From: Bacteroidetes bacterium HGW-Bacteroidetes-5
GTDB taxonomy: Bacteria; Bacteroidota; Bacteroidia; Bacteroidales; UBA932
Direction of reading: 5' to 3'
NCBI GenBank assembly: GCA_002842515.1
Contig: PHDC01000002.1
Location: forward strand, 190,744 to 254,743
Length of the DNA stretch: 64,000 nt
The translations under genes and the position numbers were made by a program. Positions 27,466 through 38,232 of the stretch are shown here, in pieces. The notes beneath the pieces were generated by a model that was not told where the DNA came from, searched no databases, and saw only the letters and a program-made list of their open reading frames with translations. How positions within the stretch are numbered: the stretch's first letter is position 1; every line of letters starts with the position of its first letter.

Positions 27466-29016
27466 CTAATATGTCAACGAAGTGCTGGCGTGTCTGTAAA
27501 TTAGGTTTTTGGCCAGACCTGTTCCGTTATAAATTGTTTTTTCGGGAAGTATAACATCGGGAGTTGCTCCTTCGAGGTCATAAGTGCGTAAAACCCAGTT
27601 ACCGCCTTTGTTGGAGAGAACTACGAACGTATTAATCTTATAGTAGAAGTCGTAGGAGTGCTCGATGTATGTGATCTCTTCGCCGGCGGGCAGAGTGATT
27701 AGATCTCTCTTCTCTGTCTGGTTGGCCGGGTTGAAGTAGTGCACTTTGTTGTCTCCGGAAGAGTAGTATATGACAGTGTTGAATGCTGTGCTTGTGCCAC
27801 CCTTAAGAGCGAAAACTTTACCGGAGGTTACGCCTGCACTTGCAGGTATAACAAGCCCGCCGGCACCGTAGTCGTAGATGTAGCCGTATTGAATATTGCT
27901 AACGCCTATCTGCCATAGAGTGAACACATTGGTTGTTCTGTTTTTCACTATTACATAACTGCGGCCTGCAGATGTTGCATAGTAAACCTGTGTTCCCATA
28001 TAAATGAGGTCACTGTTTGTAAAGTATGCTTCGCCTACAGGGGCAAGTGTGAGTGGAGATGCTTTAACAACCGCATTTTTTACCGCTGAGTATGTTTGTG
28101 CGTGATAGCCGGCCAGTTCGCCTGCGTTATCGTCATAAACCATTACAGAACTTGACATTACGGTAGCGTTTGAGTTGAGTTTCATATTGTTCACAGGGTA
28201 TGGATAACCAAACTCGCCAACATTGGAGCCGTTGTTGTTTATAAACTGTACCGAGTTATTGTTCATCAGCATATATCCCATAGTGTTTGCCCAAACACCC
28301 TGAGGTTTTTTCACTGCCGGTTTCTCAAGAAATGCTTCATCCCAGGATTTCAGTAATTTCATACTTTCGCCGTGGTAGATTCTCATATCCTCGTCACTGC
28401 AAACCAACACTGCCGGTTTAAATGTCATTTTGGTTTTTGTTCCGTCTGCATTGACTACATAGTACGAAAATCTGTTTACTTCAAAGGTTGAGCGGATTGG
28501 CTTACCGGGAAGGTCATCGCCATTTATCTGCTTGAGGATGTTTTTGTTTATCAATCCGTTCCTGTCTACAAAATCTATATCTGTACGGCCGTTTTCATAT
28601 TTGTTTATGTAATACCCTATTCCAAAGATGCTCGAAACTGTGAGCAGGCTCTTTTTGTAAACAGATGTTTTGTTGATCTTGTCTGTGGCTTTGAAGATGA
28701 GCGTGTAGGTACCCGACAACAGTGTCACCGGATAGTCCAGCTTCTTTGTACGGCCAAGTGTGTCACAAGCAGTACCCACAACAAGTGCCGGATATGCATA
28801 CCAAACATAGTCGTAAAGGTTTTCATCTGCACCCATCGTAGGATCAATAACCAGCTTCTCCATAGAGATAGCAGAGTATGAGTCATTGATTCCGGAGACC
28901 AGAGTTGGCGCAACTTTATCTGCATCAAGGTATTCATAGTTGCCGGTGTCCTTGATACACCCAAATAGATATACTGTTAGTATAACTGCTAATATGTATT
29001 TTAATATTTGTTTCAT
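27466..29016 (-). CDS. PKD-like family lipoprotein of a SusC/D locus
   Basis: Lipobox FGC-IKDTGNYEY; position after DUF4843 gene. Confidence 0.7.
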   Translation of the reverse strand: MKQILKYILAVILTVYLFGCIKDTGNYEYLDADKVAPTLVSGINDSYSAISMEKLVIDPTMGADENLYDYVWYAYPALVVGTACDTLGRTKKLDYPVTLLSGTYTLIFKATDKINKTSVYKKSLLTVSSIFGIGYYINKYENGRTDIDFVDRNGLINKNILKQINGDDLPGKPIRSTFEVNRFSYYVVNADGTKTKMTFKPAVLVCSDEDMRIYHGESMKLLKSWDEAFLEKPAVKKPQGVWANTMGYMLMNNNSVQFINNNGSNVGEFGYPYPVNNMKLNSNATVMSSSVMVYDDNAGELAGYHAQTYSAVKNAVVKASPLTLAPVGEAYFTNSDLIYMGTQVYYATSAGRSYVIVKNRTTNVFTLWQIGVSNIQYGYIYDYGAGGLVIPASAGVTSGKVFALKGGTSTAFNTVIYYSSGDNKVHYFNPANQTEKRDLITLPAGEEITYIEHSYDFYYKINTFVVLSNKGGNWVLRTYDLEGATPDVILPEKTIYNGTGLAKNLIYRHASTSLTY

Positions 29017-29028
29017 CGTAGTTATGTA

Positions 29029-29787
29029 TTAAGGGAAAATAACTCTGGTAACTCCATCTGCCTCATAAAGAGGTCCGTTAGCCAGTTCATACTCGGCAAG
29101 TTTTGCTTTTGCCTTTAGAGCCAGATATACTCTGTAATCCGTAGTGAGAACTATATCAAAATCGCTGTACTCTACATAGTCAATTATGAACTTCATCTTA
29201 GCCTGACCCCAGGGGCCAAATATCGATAGGTAGCTGTTTGCCACATCCCAAAGAGCCGGTTTCACAGCCATTGCGGTGATTTTTACAGTGTAGTTTGTGC
29301 GATCTTTAATACCTGCCACAAAGAACTCGTTGGTTGTAATCTCCAGATCCAGCCTAAACTCAGATGTGGCCATCTCCGCAGTGCGTTTTACAATCACAGG
29401 AACGGATACAGAAACTTTGTTTGCAGGCAGAATCAGATATTTTGCAAATGCAGGATCGTTAAATGCCACATAGTGAGTACCTGCAACTGCAGATCCCGCC
29501 TCAGCAGTATTGGACTGAACAATCGGAAGGACTCTATCTTTAGCGGAAGGAACACCTGTCAATTGAACATCTACCCATACTGTATCTACAGTTACACTGC
29601 TCGCAGCAAGGAAGAAAGAGTATGAAACACTGTCTGTTTGAGGTGCCCCTTTGCTGTTGCCGGAGCCTCTGTAAAAGAATAGAGAACTCTCACCCTCAAA
29701 CCTGTTCACCACCTTCTCCTGGCACGATGAAACTCCCATCGCCAAAGCCAGGATTAAAAAACTATATTTTATTGCTTTTATCTTCAT
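29029..29787 (-). CDS. DUF4843-type lipoprotein
   Basis: Lipobox SSC; YSF..DTVWVDVQLTG..KPALWD..FGPWGQAK. Confidence 0.7.
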   Translation of the reverse strand: MKIKAIKYSFLILALAMGVSSCQEKVVNRFEGESSLFFYRGSGNSKGAPQTDSVSYSFFLAASSVTVDTVWVDVQLTGVPSAKDRVLPIVQSNTAEAGSAVAGTHYVAFNDPAFAKYLILPANKVSVSVPVIVKRTAEMATSEFRLDLEITTNEFFVAGIKDRTNYTVKITAMAVKPALWDVANSYLSIFGPWGQAKMKFIIDYVEYSDFDIVLTTDYRVYLALKAKAKLAEYELANGPLYEADGVTRVIFP

Positions 29788-29798
29788 AATTATAATGT

Positions 29799-31271
29799 TT
29801 ATTCGAACATTGATTGTGATTCCGGAATTGGCAGTTTATAGGCAGATTCGGTTACCACTTTGGCTACAGGCCAAGTGAACTTATTGTAATTGTGCCTTTT
29901 ATAGAAGAAGAACATCTGCCCCTCTCCGTAAAACTCTTTGCGGTACTCCTTCTCCAGTCTCTCCTTAATAGCTGTTGCAGATGTCAGGGTTCCGTCAATG
30001 GATGGATCTAAAACTCTGGCTATGCGATAGTCGCGGAAAAGCAGTTCGCTGCCACACTCTGTAGCTATAAAGTACATCTCTGCCAATCTTATGAGCGGGA
30101 TGTCTTTAACTGCGGTCTTACTGTCGGTGTCGTTGTACTTCTTGAAAAAGTTGAAGTTACCTGCCAAAGGAATAACTCTTAACTCCCATAGACGGTTGCT
30201 TCTGTAACGGATATCCGAAGTGTGCAGTGTAGATTCGAAAGCGGTGTTGAGATAGGTTGTAGTTTGGGTGTAGGCGGTGTTGTTGTTGAAAAATACAGAG
30301 GTGAGTGTCTGGGTAGAGAGCGTGTTGCTCACTGCGAAGATGTGCTCAGTTGGGAATGTAAGCTGCCCGTTGTTGGCTGCCGTTTCACTGCCCAGTGTAA
30401 ATTTCGCTGTTCCATCGCTGTTTTTTGCATTTATTACAGCCAAAGCATTTTCCAGTGCCTGTACATTATCTCCTCTCCATAGGTAGTAACGAGCCTTTGT
30501 GGCCTTCACTGCATAGTAATTGAACCTTACCTGACGGAAAAAGTGGTACTCATCTGCAGGATAAGGCTTTGTTTTATCTATTCCGGCTAGTGTAGACGGA
30601 GAGTTTAAAACTGCATTAGAGTAGGTAAGAATTGGATCTGCACTTAAAAGCTCTTCGGCCTGGTTTAGATCTGCCAAAATATTGTCCAAAACCTCCTGAT
30701 AGCTGTTGGCTATTAGTTTGTTCGGGTCTTTTGTAACAGTTTTTACATAAGGAATAGCTTTATTGGTAAGCACTATACTGCCCGGAACACTTCCCCAAAA
30801 ACGGAGAACCTCCAGGTGCAAAAAGGCACGTAAACCAAGCGCTTCTCCTTTGATAACCTCGTAGTTACCATTGGCAAACATATCTTTTTTCGAGTCGATA
30901 TCTTCCAGTATTGAATTGATATTCAATATTGTTTGATAATATTGAAGCCACACAGCCTCAAACATGTTTTTACTTGTGGTTTGGGTGTAGTCAAAGCTGC
31001 TCAAGTATGCAGATATTGTTCCTGTTACAGGTGTCCAGTGTTGGGAGATAAGTTCCGGCAGCACCATTGTGGTATTCAACCCATAAAGTGACGGGGTTGC
31101 CATTCTTATGTAGGATCCTATGAGTACATCTTTAAACCCCTGCTCATTCTCGAAAATGGCATTTTTGCGAATCTCCAGCTCGGGCTGAATATCGAGCCAC
31201 TTATTACACGAGGTAAGGGATAAAACTGCGATAAATATTATTAAATATATCCTTTTCATCTTCATTCTCAT
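29799..31271 (-). CDS. RagB/SusD-family lipoprotein
   Basis: SCNKWLDIQP, GEALGLRAFLHL, IPLIRLAEMYFI, EYRKEFYGEGQ. Confidence 0.9.
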   Translation of the reverse strand: MRMKMKRIYLIIFIAVLSLTSCNKWLDIQPELEIRKNAIFENEQGFKDVLIGSYIRMATPSLYGLNTTMVLPELISQHWTPVTGTISAYLSSFDYTQTTSKNMFEAVWLQYYQTILNINSILEDIDSKKDMFANGNYEVIKGEALGLRAFLHLEVLRFWGSVPGSIVLTNKAIPYVKTVTKDPNKLIANSYQEVLDNILADLNQAEELLSADPILTYSNAVLNSPSTLAGIDKTKPYPADEYHFFRQVRFNYYAVKATKARYYLWRGDNVQALENALAVINAKNSDGTAKFTLGSETAANNGQLTFPTEHIFAVSNTLSTQTLTSVFFNNNTAYTQTTTYLNTAFESTLHTSDIRYRSNRLWELRVIPLAGNFNFFKKYNDTDSKTAVKDIPLIRLAEMYFIATECGSELLFRDYRIARVLDPSIDGTLTSATAIKERLEKEYRKEFYGEGQMFFFYKRHNYNKFTWPVAKVVTESAYKLPIPESQSMFE

Positions 31272-31291
31272 TGATTAATTAGTAATTACCG

Positions 31292-34200
31292 TTAAAATCT
31301 TGCAGTTAACGAGAGAGAAAACTTCCGGGCAAACGGATAGTAAAGGCCCCTCTCCTGCTTTATGGTTGAGATGTAAAACAGATCTTCTGCATATAAACCA
31401 AGCGACAGGTAATCCATTTTCAGACTCTTTTTAAGCCACTCTGTACTGAATTCATAGTTGATATTCAATGAATTGAGGTTTATGGCATTCTCTTTCATAA
31501 CAAAACGTGACGAAGCGTAAGTGGCATTGAAGTCTCTTATGTTTTTGAAACTTGCAACATCACCCGGATTTTGCCAACGCTCATAAAGCGCTCTTTTATC
31601 CAGATTTCCCCACGGATTGTTTACCTGCCTTGAGAGACTGATGTTTTCTACTTTGTCCACAAGACTTTGGTTGTAGATGTAACCACCTACACGGTAAGAC
31701 ATTGTAGCGTTTAGTGTAATGTTTTTCCATCTGAATGTGGTTCTTAGGTTACCCCAGATCTTCGGCTCATTCACACCGCTCGGAACTTTGTCCTGTGCAT
31801 TCCAGGTGTAAACTCTCTCACCCAATCTGTTTAGGAAGAGCTCTTGCCCTGTTGCCGGGTCTATGCCAAGTGAGCGAACAACAAATATGGTGTTCATAGA
31901 TTGCCCCTCCTGATAAAGGAAACTTGGGTTTGGACCTGCATCTTTCATAAGCTCTGAGTTCAAAAACTCGAGTGCATTGGAGATTTTAAGAATCTTGTTC
32001 ACATTGTGAGCCATATTTCCTCCTATAGACCAGGTGATTCGCTTGTTCATATCACGAATCAGAAATACGTTTGCATCAACCTCTACTCCTCTGTTTCTCA
32101 CCTCTCCTATGTTTGCTTTATAGCTTTGGAAACCTCCCGCTGTAGGCAGATTTATATCTGTAAGCAGATCTTCGGTTAATTTGTTGTAGTAGTCTACATT
32201 CAAGCGGATGCGACCGTCAAAGAGTGAGGTCTCTACTCCAATGTTGGTGTGTTTGGTCTTCTGCCACGAGAGGTCGGGGTTACCGAGTCCAATCATATAG
32301 GCTCCGTTCCAGAATTTATAACTCTCCTGGCCAAAATATTTGTAAGTTGTGAGTGCCTGGTATGAGCTAAAGTTTTGAGAACCTGTCGTTCCGTAAGACA
32401 GGCGCAGACGCAGTGAGTTGATTGCACTCAGTTTGCTGATGAATTTTTCGTTGTGAACATTCCATCCAAACCCCGCCGACCAGAACGGTGCTGTACGGTC
32501 ATTGCTTCCGAATTTTGATGACCCCTCTATCTTGCCCGAGAAATCGGCAAAGTAGCGTCTGTCATAAGTGTAGTTAACATTGAGAATAGTTCCGATTCTT
32601 CTTGAATGTTGTTCACTGCTAAAAGGTTTGCCCAGTGAATAGGCTCCGGCCATTCCCAGGTTTTTCATATTTGATGCCGAGAATCCTCTGCCCTGAACTG
32701 AGTAGCTCTCGTTGAGATCTTCTGCAATGTTTGCGCTCAATCCTGAGTACAACTGGTGAACCTCATTGAATGTCTTCTTGTAGTTTAGGGTTGCAGATCC
32801 TTCGTAAGAGAACTGATAACCTGTTGTGTATGTGTAGCTTCCGCGCATATTGAAGTTCTCTCCGGTATAGTCACCTGTGTCAAAACTTGTGTGGTCGCGT
32901 GAAAGATATTTGTCTGTACGGCTCTGTTGGTTTGAAACTCCAAAATTACCTCTGAACATAAAGTCTTTGTTGATTTGCCACTCGACTGCAAAATTGTTCT
33001 GGATGCTGGTGTAGCTTCCGTCGTCGCGAGTTGGCAGGGTGGCATTGTATAGTGGGTTTCCCACTCTTTGCGGAGTGTTTGAAGATGCCGGAGGATCTGA
33101 GATCATCTTCTTAAGGTGACCTTCACTATCGTATGGTGTGTAGAGCGGATTTGCCGTAGTGTACTCAGAGAAATCGCCATATGGGGAGTTTCTGTTTCTG
33201 TTGTGCAGAATAGTGAGGTCGTTCTGGAATTTAAGGTTTTTCAATGTGTATTGGAAGAAGAGGTTACCCGAAAAGTTGTTGCGGGAAGACTCCTTCATTA
33301 CACCTAAAATGTTGTTGTAAGATATGCTACCTGCGTAGTTAAAGTTATCTGCACCACCATCTACCCTTACACTGTGTCTGTTACCCACTCCTGTTCTTAC
33401 AGGGTATTTTAGCCAGTAGGTGTCTACTCCTCTCTCAAGTTCAATTAAGCGCTGGTTGTATAGCTCCTGCAGATTTTGGTTGGTAGGATTGTAAATTGAG
33501 TTAAACAGGCCTGCAGCCTTCTCATACTGAAGCTTCTCGCTTGCATTCATAAGATTGTAAGAGGCAAAATCGGGGGCCTCAATACTGATACCGCCCCTGT
33601 AGCTCACTCTTAATCTGCCTGCTGCAGGTCTTTTGAGTGTTATAACCACAATTCCGTTTGCTCCTCGTGAGCCGTACATTGCAGTTGCGCTGGCATCCTT
33701 TAGAAGGGTGATGCTCTCTACAAGCTCTTCGTCCATATCCATTACCCTCTGTACCGACACTTCGAAACCGTCCATTATAAAGAGAGGCATATTGGCATTG
33801 CTCTGCACACTTGTCTGCTCCTGAAGGTTACGAACATTTACATCCATACTGGTGCGTCCGCGAATTGTGATATCGGGCATTTTATTTGGGTCAGATCCAA
33901 ACTCCAGATTATCTATTAAGTTGAAACTTGGGTCTATGTTTCTGATTGAGATTAGAATATTGCGATTGCCGGATGCTTTTAACTCTTTGTCGGAGATTGT
34001 TGTGAGCGCTCCTGTGTAGCTCTCTCTGGATTTGTTGAAGATACCCGTAACCACAACCTGGTTAATAGACATCTCATCATCTTCCAGACTCACTGTTACC
34101 GAGCTCTTCCCTGCGATACTCACATCACGACTCTTCTTTCCCATAAAGGATACCGTGAGAGTTGTCCTGCCGAAAGGTACATTTAACTCAAAGCTGCCAT

Positions 34201-34696
34201 CTTCATTTGTAACAACGCCAACTTGAGTTCCCTTAACCATAACGGCTGCTCCGGGCAGTGGTAGACCATCTGCTTCGGTAACAACTCCGGTAATTTTTAC
34301 CGGTTTTTGATCTGCAATGTTTTGTTGTGCCACCTTCTTCGGGCCTATGACCACAACATTCTCCTCAAGAGAGTATGTAAAGGCTTTGCCCTCAAGTACA
34401 AGATCCATCAGGCGTTTGATTGTGGCATTTGCCACATTTACGCTCACCTTGCCGATAGCTCGTGCGGTCTCTGTGCTGTACATAAAGGTGTAGTCTGTTT
34501 GCGATTCAACATCGCGAACAATCTCTTCAAACGAAATATTTTGCTTGTTGATGCTGATTTGCCGGGTGTTCTGCGCGTTTAGTTGAAGCGAAGTTAGTCC
34601 GGTTAAAAAGAGCATTGCAACAGTACAAAATAAATTTCTGGCAGTTAAGTGGGAATATTTACCCACTAAAGTACGCTTAATCCACTTTTTATTCAT
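31292..34696 (-). CDS. SusC/RagA TonB-dependent transporter with N-terminal STN extension
   Basis: PLFIMDGFEV, LKDASATAMYGSRGANGIVVIT, DLSWQKT; C-terminal F. Confidence 0.95.
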   Translation of the reverse strand: MNKKWIKRTLVGKYSHLTARNLFCTVAMLFLTGLTSLQLNAQNTRQISINKQNISFEEIVRDVESQTDYTFMYSTETARAIGKVSVNVANATIKRLMDLVLEGKAFTYSLEENVVVIGPKKVAQQNIADQKPVKITGVVTEADGLPLPGAAVMVKGTQVGVVTNEDGSFELNVPFGRTTLTVSFMGKKSRDVSIAGKSSVTVSLEDDEMSINQVVVTGIFNKSRESYTGALTTISDKELKASGNRNILISIRNIDPSFNLIDNLEFGSDPNKMPDITIRGRTSMDVNVRNLQEQTSVQSNANMPLFIMDGFEVSVQRVMDMDEELVESITLLKDASATAMYGSRGANGIVVITLKRPAAGRLRVSYRGGISIEAPDFASYNLMNASEKLQYEKAAGLFNSIYNPTNQNLQELYNQRLIELERGVDTYWLKYPVRTGVGNRHSVRVDGGADNFNYAGSISYNNILGVMKESSRNNFSGNLFFQYTLKNLKFQNDLTILHNRNRNSPYGDFSEYTTANPLYTPYDSEGHLKKMISDPPASSNTPQRVGNPLYNATLPTRDDGSYTSIQNNFAVEWQINKDFMFRGNFGVSNQQSRTDKYLSRDHTSFDTGDYTGENFNMRGSYTYTTGYQFSYEGSATLNYKKTFNEVHQLYSGLSANIAEDLNESYSVQGRGFSASNMKNLGMAGAYSLGKPFSSEQHSRRIGTILNVNYTYDRRYFADFSGKIEGSSKFGSNDRTAPFWSAGFGWNVHNEKFISKLSAINSLRLRLSYGTTGSQNFSSYQALTTYKYFGQESYKFWNGAYMIGLGNPDLSWQKTKHTNIGVETSLFDGRIRLNVDYYNKLTEDLLTDINLPTAGGFQSYKANIGEVRNRGVEVDANVFLIRDMNKRITWSIGGNMAHNVNKILKISNALEFLNSELMKDAGPNPSFLYQEGQSMNTIFVVRSLGIDPATGQELFLNRLGERVYTWNAQDKVPSGVNEPKIWGNLRTTFRWKNITLNATMSYRVGGYIYNQSLVDKVENISLSRQVNNPWGNLDKRALYERWQNPGDVASFKNIRDFNATYASSRFVMKENAINLNSLNINYEFSTEWLKKSLKMDYLSLGLYAEDLFYISTIKQERGLYYPFARKFSLSLTARF

Positions 34697-34781
34697 ACAT
34701 TTAATGTTTGGGTTAGATGGGTTCTAAAACTGTTTTCTTTGCTGGAGCCGGTTTGAGGAAAAGAACCCGTTATATCCTCTA

Positions 34782-34837
34782 ACCGCTCATTTAACCGAAG
34801 TTCCTGGCCGAAAATCGGTTAAGTGGGTGGTTTTTTT
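34782..34837 (+). terminator. 17-bp hairpin plus T7 in the fecR-susC spacer, terminator polarity antisense to the operon
   Basis: ACCGCTCATTTAACCGA / TCGGTTAAGTGGGTGGT pair fully with G-U wobble on the plus strand, followed by TTTTTTT. Confidence 0.55.
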
Positions 34838-34848
34838 ATGGAGAGTTG

Positions 34849-36090
34849 CTATCTCCCCGGTAAGATTGTTACTTTTTTATCTGAAACATCAAACCGAAGC
34901 TCGCCTGTCTTCTCCATAAGATTCATCAGACGATTGAAGCTATCTGTACGAGGTAGTTTAAACCTGAATTTTTTATCTTTTAGGGCACTATCTTCATAGC
35001 TATATTCAAACCCGAACCAAAGGCTAAACTCCCTCATTATCTCATCCAGGCTTCTGTTATCGAATATAAACATTCCGTTGGCCCTCTCGCTATATATGGA
35101 GGCCTCCAGATTCTCTACTGAAATCTGCGAATTTGCACGATTAAAGATGGCCATCTGGTTCGGAACCAGCTCTGTGCTGTTCATCAGCACCTTACCGGAA
35201 ACCAGAACAGTCTCTATTGTGGGCTCATTACTATATGCCCTTATGTTAAAGCTTGTACCAAGCACAACCACAGATGCCCCGCCGGCATTAATATTAAATG
35301 GTCGCCCGCTATCTTTTTGCACATCAAAATAACCCTCCCCTACCAGTGTCACTGAGCGCTCCGTAGAGCCGAAAAACGAAGGAAACTGAAGCTCAGACTC
35401 CGGATAAAGAATAACTTTCGTACCATCTTCCAGAGTGATAGTGTGTGTAGACCCGCTGGAAACCTTTATTTTATAAATCTCCGCAACAGCCTTTTCCACC
35501 TCTCCCTTATCTGCAACTAAAGCCTGATTGCCAAGAATGCTCTTTATATCTGTCTTCTCCTTGAGCACTACACTCTCCCCCGTCGGAAACTCCAGCACCG
35601 TCTCATTTGCAAGCAGCGTAATAGTCTCCTTCGAATTAACATACCCCGAACGCAACCAATAACCCCCCACCGAAAGCGATGCAACCACCGCAAAAATTGC
35701 CGCATACCTCATCAACCCCCTCCCAAAACCAAACCCGGCACGCCTTGAACGCCCAAAACTTACCTCCGAACGCCCTAAACTCACTTCCGATTGCCCTAAA
35801 CTTACTTCCGAATCTCCCACTCTTAACTCCCTTTGGGAGATATTTCTCTCTACAACCGCCCAAACCTTTTTCCCAGCCTCAATTTCCGTCGCATCTGCAA
35901 CCGTAGAAGCATCTGCAACTTCAAAACTTTTTGCTACTTCGGTGGTGACCTTTTTGAGAATTTCATCTACATTCAAACCGTTCTCCTTTGCCAGTGAAGC
36001 GAGCTCTCGCCTCTCCTCATCCGAGATGGTTTTCAGTGCCAGTTTTGCTATCAGCCGGGCAACTCTCGTGGAGTCGTAATATCTTCTCAT
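34849..36090 (-). CDS. FecR-family anti-sigma factor
   Basis: TM segment RYAAIFAVV; LEDGTKVILYPESEL.FP..F..ER.V.LVGEGYFDV; VLGTSFN. Confidence 0.9.
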   Translation of the reverse strand: MRRYYDSTRVARLIAKLALKTISDEERRELASLAKENGLNVDEILKKVTTEVAKSFEVADASTVADATEIEAGKKVWAVVERNISQRELRVGDSEVSLGQSEVSLGRSEVSFGRSRRAGFGFGRGLMRYAAIFAVVASLSVGGYWLRSGYVNSKETITLLANETVLEFPTGESVVLKEKTDIKSILGNQALVADKGEVEKAVAEIYKIKVSSGSTHTITLEDGTKVILYPESELQFPSFFGSTERSVTLVGEGYFDVQKDSGRPFNINAGGASVVVLGTSFNIRAYSNEPTIETVLVSGKVLMNSTELVPNQMAIFNRANSQISVENLEASIYSERANGMFIFDNRSLDEIMREFSLWFGFEYSYEDSALKDKKFRFKLPRTDSFNRLMNLMEKTGELRFDVSDKKVTILPGR

Positions 36091-36239
36091 AGCTTTATAT
36101 TTTCGTTTATAGTATACAATTTCTAAATCTTAATTTCTAAAACTTGATTGAGATCAGCAATATCTGTTGAAAAGCCTTCAATCTATATATTAATCCACAA
36201 ATCGGCAAAAGGTATTACTTTGTCAAAAAAATATTTTTA

Positions 36240-36327
36240 TTGGAGATGATTAATTGATCAATTGATTTATTGGTTGGAGATGATTAATTGATCAATTGAT
36301 TTATTGGTTGAAGATGATTAATTGATC
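36240..36327. repeat. 34-bp tandem repeat (2.6 copies) with AATTGATCAATT palindrome in a divergent promoter region
   Basis: TTGGAGATGATTAATTGATCAATTGATTTATTGG at 36240 and 36274, partial at 36308. Confidence 0.85.
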
Positions 36328-36455
36328 TTTTGGTTGAAGATATCTTTTGTGAAAAACCCAAATTTTTGCGCAAAAATATGATGTTATAATAAAAAGTCTA
36401 ATTTTGTGAGTGAAATTATTAATGTGAAATCTACAATTTTATACACTCTCTCGCT

Positions 36456-36995
36456 ATGGAGGAGTTAGTACTGAGGTTTAGAGAGGGAGATGAACGCTCT
36501 TTTGAAAAATTGTTCTGGGCTTTCTTCCCTGCCGGGCGTCGTTTTGTTAAGGGCTTCCTTATTGATGATGATGCGGCAGAGGATATTCTTCAGGAGGTGT
36601 TTATCCAGATGTGGAACAAACGAGAGAGCTTCAACAGCGAATCGCATTTCAAGGCATATTTTTATAAATCTCTGAGAAACAACAGTGTAAAACGCATTGT
36701 GCGTAGCAAACACCCGCTCAATCTTGATGAAATTGGTAACAAAGAGAGTGAAGATCTTTTCGCAAGAATTACCGAAATAGAGCTCAACCGCGAGATTATG
36801 CGTGCCGTCTCACAACTTCCGCAAAAACGCCGGCAAATTATTCTTCTCTCCATCTCCGGAATGAGTTCAGAACAGATTGCCGACGCTCTCAATATTTCGA
36901 TTAATACAGTCAAAAGTCAAAAAACTAAAGCTTACAGCTCCCTTCGTCAAGAGCTTAAAGATATCAGCAGCTTTATGCTCCTGCTTTGCCTCTAA
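36456..36995 (+). CDS. ECF RNA polymerase sigma-70 factor
   Basis: AEDILQEVFIQMW; region 4 LPQKRRQIILL..IADALNISINTVKSQK. Confidence 0.9.
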   Translation: MEELVLRFREGDERSFEKLFWAFFPAGRRFVKGFLIDDDAAEDILQEVFIQMWNKRESFNSESHFKAYFYKSLRNNSVKRIVRSKHPLNLDEIGNKESEDLFARITEIELNREIMRAVSQLPQKRRQIILLSISGMSSEQIADALNISINTVKSQKTKAYSSLRQELKDISSFMLLLCL

Positions 36996-37037
36996 CTAAG
37001 TTTTCTACCTACTATTGCTACTTATAGTGCTACTTTA

Positions 37038-37106
37038 GCAACACCGGTTGCGTTACTTTTGCAATACCGGTTGCGTTACTTTTGCAATACCGGTTGCGTT
37101 ACTTTT
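37038..37106. repeat. 23-bp tandem triplication overlapping the thioredoxin gene stop
   Basis: GCAA(C/T)ACCGGTTGCGTTACTTTT x3. Confidence 0.9.
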
Positions 37107-38158
37107 AAATGTTTTTCAAGCGCTTTCGTTGCACTCTCAATAACTTTATCGTTTTTCACAAGTGCAATAATTTCTTCTGTTTGCTGCTTAGTCCACAAAT
37201 CTAATAATGAAGGTATTGCAAAGTATAAAAATCTATCCATCTCATTACTCTCAATCTTCGGGGCAACCTCTTTAATTAAACTAAACAGGGAGTTGGCACC
37301 CTCTTTAGAGATGTAGGTTTTAACGGCAGCTTGATAAACAGGTAAGATTTTATCATTTTTAAGATTCAGCAAAGCTAGTTGTCTGTTCTTCTCTTCAAAA
37401 TCTGCAAAATTTGGTACTCTCTGTTTTCCGATGATGCCGGCATAGTAGGCCTCATATTTCTTTTTCATTACCAGATCTATCTTGTCGCGACCAACTTTAG
37501 TGCGAAATTTTTCGAGATTATCTGTCAGGAATTTTCCTCTTGCAGATTCTAATCTGGCATAGTCATCGTAAAGAAACATACACTCTTCGCAAATCCTCTC
37601 ATCTTCTGTTAGCGAGCTCTCAAATTGGTTTATCAACTCAGTTACATCTGCAGTATAGGTAGCTTGCAAAGCCATTATATAGCTGGCAACCAATTTCTTA
37701 TCCCTCTCACCCGAGTTGTAACGCTTTTGTAATGTTCCGAATGCTTTCTCGGGATTAAATGACTCCTCAATCTTGTCGATAAAGGCCAACCCTAATACTC
37801 CACCTGCAAACATATGGAGCAATTTCCCGTCTCCATCAAGAATTACGAATGTCGGATAGGCTTTTATTCCAAATTTTTCTTTTACAGCCGGTCCTTCAAC
37901 TCCCTTTTCTGCATTTAATTTCAAGCTAATGAATTTTGGATTAAAATAATCTCCCATCTCTTTCATCGGATAGATCTCTTTATCCATCATTTTGCACGGG
38001 CCGCACCAATCTGTGTAGCTGTCTATAAACACAAATTTGTTTTCGGCTTTTGCTTTTGCAATTGCCTCATTTAAAGTTAACTCCTGGAAATTAATACCTT
38101 GAGCCCCTGCCCCCACCGATATGAACACGACGAATAGCATCAAAAAGAATCTTTTCAT
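37076..38158 (-). CDS. Exported thioredoxin-family protein
   Basis: Signal peptide; FIDSYTDWCGPCKMM. Confidence 0.85.
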   Translation of the reverse strand: MKRFFLMLFVVFISVGAGAQGINFQELTLNEAIAKAKAENKFVFIDSYTDWCGPCKMMDKEIYPMKEMGDYFNPKFISLKLNAEKGVEGPAVKEKFGIKAYPTFVILDGDGKLLHMFAGGVLGLAFIDKIEESFNPEKAFGTLQKRYNSGERDKKLVASYIMALQATYTADVTELINQFESSLTEDERICEECMFLYDDYARLESARGKFLTDNLEKFRTKVGRDKIDLVMKKKYEAYYAGIIGKQRVPNFADFEEKNRQLALLNLKNDKILPVYQAAVKTYISKEGANSLFSLIKEVAPKIESNEMDRFLYFAIPSLLDLWTKQQTEEIIALVKNDKVIESATKALEKHLKVTQPVLQK

Positions 38159-38232
38159 TTTTATTATTTAATTAATGATTTCACCTATTAATATCCAGCA
38201 AATGCCAAAAGGTGTTACCACCCAGAGATAAT

